NCBI GenBank assembly: GCA_964472295.1 | Contig: CAYYJQ010000004.1 | Location: 11,968 to 75,967 of the forward strand | Source: an uncultured Thermodesulfobacteriota bacterium | GTDB lineage: Bacteria > Desulfobacterota > GWC2-55-46 > JADFVP01 | Length of the DNA: 64,000 nucleotides | Direction of reading: 5' to 3' | In this document: positions 59,301 through 64,000 of the stretch, one piece after another | How the letters are laid out: each line of letters starts with the position of its first letter | Position numbering within the stretch: the stretch's first letter is position 1 | Notes under the pieces: model-generated | Told to the model about the DNA's origin: nothing | Database searches by the model: none | Seen by the model: the letters and a program-made list of their open reading frames with translations, nothing else | Position numbers and translations under genes: made by a program

Positions 59301-59805
59301 GGTTACCATCGGAGGGCTCCCAGCGGGCCTCAAGGAGATAACCACGAAAAAAGGCAAGAGAATGGGTTTCCTGCGCCTTGAAGACCAGACAGAAGGCGTG
59401 GAGGTCGTCCTCTTTCCCGAGGCCTACTCAAGCGCCTTTGAGACCATCGCCGAGGAAGTCCCTGTACTTGTAAGGGGAAGGCTTGAACGCGATGAGGAAG
59501 ACGTAAAAATCATAGCCGCAGAGGTCCTCTCCCTTGAAAAGGCCAGCGAAAACCCGGAAAAACTCATGTGCAGGGAGACTCATATCGAACTACTTGCCGG
59601 GGGCATCAACGAAGATGGCCTTGAAAGGCTCAAAAAACTCCTCAAGGACAACCCCGGAGGCTCGAAGGTCATACTCAAAATCAGGTACAATAACGGAAGG
59701 CGGGTCATCATGGCCCTGCCCGAGGGACTCGGAATACACCCCACGCCAGGACTCCTTGAGAGAATGAAAAAAATCTTCCCGGAGACGAAGACAGGACTGA
59801 ATTAA
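56308..59805 (+). CDS. dnaE: DNA polymerase III alpha subunit
   Basis: HLHLHTQYSLLDG PHP, GPGRGSAAGS, LPDIDIDF, KFDFLGL, YGFNKSHS; normal length with no intein. Confidence 0.98.
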   Translation: MRHSKFVHLHLHTQYSLLDGAIRPGALVERAHEFKMPAVAVTDHGNIFGAVEFYEKALKAGVKPIIGCETYIAPTSMLDRTPPTRSGAPTKAFHLVLLVKNAAGYKNLCKLLTKAYTEGFYYKPRIDKDLLRSHNEGLIALGACLQGEVAFYALRDQMDRALASAAEYKEIFQNRRYYLEIQPSPIPEQIKVNNALIEIGKKLDIPVVATNDCHYLRKEDAKVHDVLLCIQTGTTVNAEKRMRFPADEYYMKSPEEMIEAFKDVPEAISNTIEIAERCNFEMTLGKAYLPDYPLPEGQSLDDIIDEQAHAGLEARLRVMAARGRDVEALRIRYLDRLERELKVIKGMGFPGYFLVVSDFINHAKSMNIPVGPGRGSAAGSLVAFALGITNIDPIEYDLLFERFLNPDRISLPDIDIDFCYEKRDEIIKYVTEKYGQEHVTQIITFGQMKARAVIRDVGRVLDMPYSEVDRIAKLIPSRPLDITIEKALEMEPKLKKLVDGDKRVAELIEYSKALEGLPRHASTHAAGVVISKEPLVEYLPLYKGQKDDVVTTQFAMKYAEKVGLVKFDFLGLKTLTVIDKAIKLVKENRGETLEMDSLDLTDARTYKGIASGETNGIFQLESSGMKDMLRKLAPESFVDLIAAVALFRPGPMQSGMVDDFIKRRHGRVPVRYDIPELKDILSDTYGVIIYQEQVMEIARVIAGFSPGEADLLRKVMGKKLTDQMIIYRKKFLDGAKERKIPVKKAEKLFEHISKFALYGFNKSHSAAYALIAYQTAYLKTHYTVEFMAALMSSETGDTDKVVKYINECRDLGVPVDPPDVNESERDFTVKKGRIRFGLGAVKNVGASAIDEIISVRREAPFESMLDFLSRLSTRKVNKKVTESLIKCGAFDFTGLPRPALLASLDSMMETAQGVQRDRESGQGSIFDVLGGTSSTPQPRMADSVISAPDWTEKELLAAEKETLGFYFTANPLDEYREILEINTTCSLSGLKKLTSKQEVTIGGLPAGLKEITTKKGKRMGFLRLEDQTEGVEVVLFPEAYSSAFETIAEEVPVLVRGRLERDEEDVKIIAAEVLSLEKASENPEKLMCRETHIELLAGGINEDGLERLKKLLKDNPGGSKVILKIRYNNGRRVIMALPEGLGIHPTPGLLERMKKIFPETKTGLN

Positions 59806-59848
59806 AAGGGCGCGCCAGGGGTAAAGAAAAAAAGATAAGAAGGTATGT

Positions 59849-60120
59849 GGCGGGCTCTGCCCGCCAAAAGATAAAAGATTCCTTACTTTCTTTTAGAAAA
59901 AAGAAAGTTTTTTGATTGGGTGGTACGGTTTCTTGGCCTTTAGATGCTCTTAAAAAGGTAACTCACATTTGCCATAAAAAAATTAGGACAAAGAAAACCA
60001 GTAGGGTGGGTACTGCCCACCAAAAGCGGCACTGCCGCTAAAAAAACTTTTAGGGTAGAGCAGAGCGAAACCCGACAAAATAGAGTAGGCTGGGCACTTC
60101 CACCAAAAGACTGCCCACCA
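59849..60120 (+). repeat. Mosaic repeat cluster between dnaE and accA
   Basis: A 59849-59865, B 59885-59908, REP1 60001-60021, AGCGGC-ACT-GCCGCT 60025-60039, REP2 part 60053-60076, decayed REP1 60085-60104. Confidence 0.85.
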
Positions 60121-60135
60121 AAAAAAGGAGCGCCC

Positions 60136-61080
60136 ATGCAGCGTCTGGGTTTCGAGAGTTCAATAGAAAAGATAGAAGACCGTATCGAGTTGCTCAAGGC
60201 CACTCCCGGCAAGGACAGCGCCTCGGAAATAAAAAAACTCGAGGAAAAGGTCAGGAAGATACTTAAAAACCTCTACTCAAAACTCACCCCATGGCAGATT
60301 ACGCAGGTCGCGCGCCACCCCCAGCGGCCCTACACCATGGACTACATATCCTGTGTCTTCGAGGACTTTGTTGAACTCCACGGCGACAGGTGCTTCAGCG
60401 ATGACCCGGCCATGGTCTGCGGTCTTGCCCGCTTTAACGGTGAATCCGTTGTTGTAATCGGCCACCAGAAGGGCCGCACAATTAAGGAAAAGGTCCGTTA
60501 CAACTTCGGCATGCCTCACCCCGAGGGATTCAGAAAGGCGCGCCGTATCATGGACCTTGCCGAGCGTTTCAAGCGCCCTGTCTTTACCTTCATAGATACC
60601 CCCGGGGCCTTTCCCGGCATCGGCGCAGAGGAAAGGGGCCAGTCCGAGGCAATAGCCATGAACCTGATGAAGATGGCGGGCCTTCGCACTCCCATAATAG
60701 CCACTGTAATAGGTGAGGGCGGCTCTGGCGGGGCCCTTGCCATAGGGGTAGCCGATAGACTCCTCATGATGGAGTTTTCCACCTACTCCGTCATCTCCCC
60801 AGAGGGTTGCGCGGCCATTCTATGGAAAGACGGCACAAAGGCCGACCTTGCCGCCAATGCCCTGAAGATCGACGCGAAGAGCCTCTTGAAGACAGGTGTC
60901 ATAGACGCAATCGTCCCGGAACCCATTGGCGGAGCGCACAGGGACCAGGAGACTGCCTGCAATAACCTCAAGGCCACCCTTACCGATGTCTTTCTGGAGA
61001 TTAAACACACCTCGGCTGAACGCCTCGTAAAGGCAAGATACGAGAAGTTCCGCTCCCTCGGTATCTATGCCGAGAGCTGA
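60136..61080 (+). CDS. accA: Acetyl-CoA carboxylase carboxyltransferase alpha subunit
   Basis: ARHPQRPY, ELHGDR, FGMPHPEGFRKA, GEGGSGGAL, YSVISPEGCAAILW. Confidence 0.98.
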   Translation: MQRLGFESSIEKIEDRIELLKATPGKDSASEIKKLEEKVRKILKNLYSKLTPWQITQVARHPQRPYTMDYISCVFEDFVELHGDRCFSDDPAMVCGLARFNGESVVVIGHQKGRTIKEKVRYNFGMPHPEGFRKARRIMDLAERFKRPVFTFIDTPGAFPGIGAEERGQSEAIAMNLMKMAGLRTPIIATVIGEGGSGGALAIGVADRLLMMEFSTYSVISPEGCAAILWKDGTKADLAANALKIDAKSLLKTGVIDAIVPEPIGGAHRDQETACNNLKATLTDVFLEIKHTSAERLVKARYEKFRSLGIYAES

Positions 61081-61266
61081 AAAGACCTCAGAAGAAACTT
61101 TCTCCCCACGTTTTTTTCTTTCTTCCCTGCCAATCGCTTGAAAGAGGCCTGCAGTGCGTGCCCTTTATTTTCCCCGGAACTCAAGTAAGGTGTTGATTTT
61201 TTTCATTGAATAAACTATTCTATTCAATCAAACTTTATTTTTTACAGGACGCGGTGCCCGGATAAT

Positions 61267-62361
61267 ATGACAAAGAAGACAGCGGAGCTGGACCTCCACA
61301 GGAAAAATATAGATGACATTGATCTCAAGATACTTGACCTCCTGAACAGTAGGGCAAGGGAGGTCATTGCCATCGGAAAGGCCAAGAAAAAATCGCGGGC
61401 CGAGTTCTATGTGCCAACACGCGAGCAGGAGGTCTACAGGAGGCTCCTTCAAAAAAACAGCGGACCCTTTCCTGACAGCGCCCTGAAGACCGTCTTTCGC
61501 GAGATAATGAGCGCGTCTCTTCGCCTTGAAAAACCCCTCCGCGTGGTCTTTCTCGGTCCAGTGGCCACCTTTACGCACCAGGCCTGCATCCAGCACTTCG
61601 GTCTCTCCGTGGAATTTCTCCCGCAAAAGGGGATTGCCGATGTCTTCGAGGAAGTGGAGAAGGGAAGGGCGGACTTTGGCGTTGTGCCCATAGAGAACAC
61701 CGCCGAGGGCGTGGTCACGCACACCCTTGACATGTTCGTCTCGTCTAACCTCACGATCTCCGCCGAGGTCATGCTCGAGGTATCACTGGCCCTTCTTAAC
61801 AAGACCGGTAGTCTCAAGGACGTGCAGACCGTTCTATCTCACCCCCACGCCCTTGCCCAGTGCAGGGATTGGCTGAAGGAGCACCTGCCCTCCTCAGCGC
61901 TCCGCGATGTGTCGAGCACGGCAATGGCCGCGAAGATGGCCTCTGAGGACGAGACATCGGCGGCTGTATCGAGCATCGCCGCGGCTGACCTCTATGACCT
62001 TAGAGTCCTTGAGAACCACATAGAGGATACTCCCCATAACCTTACGCGTTTTCTTGTAGTAGGCAGGCAGGGCGCAAAGGCAACGGGAGACGACAAGACG
62101 AGCATAGTATTCGCCATAAAGGACTCGCCAGGGGCCCTTTACAAGATGCTTGAGCCATTCGCGGGCCGCGGCATAAACCTTACGAAGATAGAGAGCAGGC
62201 CCATAAAGACCCGTGCCTGGGAGTACCTCTTCTTCATAGACCTTGATGGGCATATTAACGAAAAAAGGGTAAAAGAGGCTGTTGAAGAACTTGAGAGACT
62301 CTGCTCCTTCATGAAGATTCTCGGTTCATACCCAAAGTGTCACGGCCCGCAGGCTGGCTGA
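61267..62361 (+). CDS. pheA: Chorismate mutase / prephenate dehydratase
   Basis: AroQ N-terminus, FLGPVATFT, PIENTAEG, SHPHALAQC, NLTRF, ACT domain NLTKIESRP. Confidence 0.96.
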   Translation: MTKKTAELDLHRKNIDDIDLKILDLLNSRAREVIAIGKAKKKSRAEFYVPTREQEVYRRLLQKNSGPFPDSALKTVFREIMSASLRLEKPLRVVFLGPVATFTHQACIQHFGLSVEFLPQKGIADVFEEVEKGRADFGVVPIENTAEGVVTHTLDMFVSSNLTISAEVMLEVSLALLNKTGSLKDVQTVLSHPHALAQCRDWLKEHLPSSALRDVSSTAMAAKMASEDETSAAVSSIAAADLYDLRVLENHIEDTPHNLTRFLVVGRQGAKATGDDKTSIVFAIKDSPGALYKMLEPFAGRGINLTKIESRPIKTRAWEYLFFIDLDGHINEKRVKEAVEELERLCSFMKILGSYPKCHGPQAG

Positions 62362-62426
62362 TAAAAAAAATTTTCCGGCCCAGAGTCCATGTGTGGGCTC
62401 CCGGGCACTCTCAAGAGAGGACAGAA

Positions 62427-63524
62427 ATGAGGCTAAAGGTCTCAAGAGACATAGAAGAACTCATTCCATATCCGCCCGGTAAACCCATCGAGGAACTGGA
62501 GCGCGAACTCGGCATCACTGGTTCCATAAAGATGGCGAGCAACGAGAACCCCCTCGGGCCGTCGCCCCTTGGAGTGGAGGCCGCAAAAAAGGCCTTGAAC
62601 GGCCTGAACCGCTACCCTGACGGTAGTTCCTATTACCTTCGCCGTGCGCTCTCGGCGAGCCTTGGCGTGGACATGGAGATGATAATCACGGGTAACGGCT
62701 CCAACGAGATAATAGAACTCCTTATCCGCACCTTTCTTCGTCCCGGCGAGGAGGTCGTATTTGGCGAGCCCTCATTCGCCGTCTATCCCCTTGTGACAAA
62801 GGCCGCCGGGGGAGTTGGCGTACCTGTGCCTCTCAAAGACATGACCCTTGACCTACAGGCAATGGCCTCGGCGATTACAGAAAAGACGCGCATCGTATTC
62901 ATCGCCAACCCCAATAACCCCACGGGAACTATTGTTGGGGGGGATGAACTAAATGCCTTTATCGATTCCGTGCCTGATGACGTAATTATCTGCCTTGACG
63001 AGGCATATTATGAATATGTGAGAGATGAATCCTACCCTGATTCGCTAAAGTATCTCGGGGGAGAGAAGCCCGTAATAGCGCTGAGGACATTTTCAAAGAT
63101 TTATGGCCTCTCCGGCCTCAGGGCGGGTTATGGCATTGGTCCCGCAAAGATGATAGATTTCCTCAATCGCGTGCGTCAGCCCTTTAACATGAATTCCATT
63201 GCCCAGGCCGCGGCCCTCGCGGCCACGGGAGACGATGGACACGTAGAGAGGAGCAGGCAGAACAACACCTCTGGCCTTGAGTACCTTTACAGCGAGGTCA
63301 GCGCCATGGGGCTTCCATATGTGCCCACAGAGGCCAATTTTTTTCTCATAAAGGTGGGCAGGGGGAGAGCCGTATACGAGGCCCTGCTCAAGAGAGGCGT
63401 CATCGTCCGTCCCATGGATAGTTACGGCCTAGGCGAGTATATACGCCTTACCGTTGGGCTACCCGGTGAGAACGAACGATTTATAGGTTCACTAAAGGAT
63501 GTACTTGGAACTCCCGCCCCTTGA
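62427..63524 (+). CDS. hisC: Histidinol-phosphate aminotransferase
   Basis: YPPGKP, MASNENPLG, NPNNPTG, LDEAYYEY, RTFSKIYGLSGLR; ATG 62427. Confidence 0.95.
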   Translation: MRLKVSRDIEELIPYPPGKPIEELERELGITGSIKMASNENPLGPSPLGVEAAKKALNGLNRYPDGSSYYLRRALSASLGVDMEMIITGNGSNEIIELLIRTFLRPGEEVVFGEPSFAVYPLVTKAAGGVGVPVPLKDMTLDLQAMASAITEKTRIVFIANPNNPTGTIVGGDELNAFIDSVPDDVIICLDEAYYEYVRDESYPDSLKYLGGEKPVIALRTFSKIYGLSGLRAGYGIGPAKMIDFLNRVRQPFNMNSIAQAAALAATGDDGHVERSRQNNTSGLEYLYSEVSAMGLPYVPTEANFFLIKVGRGRAVYEALLKRGVIVRPMDSYGLGEYIRLTVGLPGENERFIGSLKDVLGTPAP

Positions 63525-63583
63525 GGGGACTTCCATAACAGACAAAAAAACAGACAAAAGATATGATAAGGGGGAGTATTAAT

Positions 63584-64000
63584 ATGATAATAGTCATGAA
63601 GAGCACGGCCACGGAAGAGGAGATAAACCACGTCCTCGAGAAGATAAAGGACGCGGGGCTTGCCGTGCATATATCCAAGGGCAAGGAGCGGACCATAGTA
63701 GGGGCCATAGGCGACGAGGAGGTCCTCGCCTCCATACCTCTTGAGGCCATGCCGGGCGTTGAGAACGTAATGCCCATACTGAAACCCTACAAACTCGTAG
63801 GGCGCGAGCTCAAGTCCGATGATACAATAATAGACGTGCGTGGCGTGCCCATCGGAGGAAAAGAAGTAGTTGTAATGGCCGGGCCATGCAGCGTGGAGTC
63901 AAGGGAATCTCTCCTGGAGTCCGCCCGCGACGTAAGCGCCTCGGGGGCGCGTATCCTCAGGGGAGGGGCCTTCAAACCCCGTACCTCTCCATACAGTTTT
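63584..64000 (+). CDS. aroF: DAHP synthase class I-beta with N-terminal regulatory domain (3' end outside window)
   Basis: Not in the ORF track. Translates MIIVMKS..GKERTIVGAIGD..MAGPCSVES..LRGGAFKPRTSPY. Confidence 0.95.
   Translation, partial: MIIVMKSTATEEEINHVLEKIKDAGLAVHISKGKERTIVGAIGDEEVLASIPLEAMPGVENVMPILKPYKLVGRELKSDDTIIDVRGVPIGGKEVVVMAGPCSVESRESLLESARDVSASGARILRGGAFKPRTSPYSF

Noticed and set aside
62337-62426. hisC N-terminal extension overlapping pheA
   Set aside because: An in-frame ATG at 62427 with a GAGAGGA RBS gives the typical HisC N-terminus.

Overview
A 64 kb, almost entirely housekeeping stretch of a bacterial chromosome at roughly 55-60% GC. Gene order resembles Desulfobacterota / former Deltaproteobacteria (inference from blocks such as fur-feoB-ideR and ffh-rpsP-khpA-rimM-trmD-rplS-rnhB-yraN). 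In order it holds: eno (partial), sthA, wrbA, msrP, glgB, spoVG, GT4/WcaJ-like/ugd, a PyrR-attenuated pyrR-pyrB-pyrC-carA-carB operon, kup, recG, DUF1015, dciA, the ffh-rplS block, small envelope genes including a CsgG-family protein, polA, a four-gene signalling operon, moxR-DUF58-tgpA, a sigma54 activator, a lower-GC MBOAT+SGNH pair, tRNA-Gly(GCC), fur-feoB-ideR, dnaE, accA, pheA, hisC and aroF (partial). I found no transposase, integrase, phage genes or CRISPR array. The most unusual signal is non-coding. About 12 intergenic regions carry mosaics of several palindromic repeat families, and their stems show compensatory base-pair changes between copies. There is also a near-consensus sigma54 promoter leading into a GGA/G-rich 11-bp tandem array upstream of spoVG (candidate sRNA or leader). 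Among proteins, two receiver domains lack the phospho-Asp and one membrane sensor has no output domain. Family assignments come from motif recognition by eye, not from database searches.
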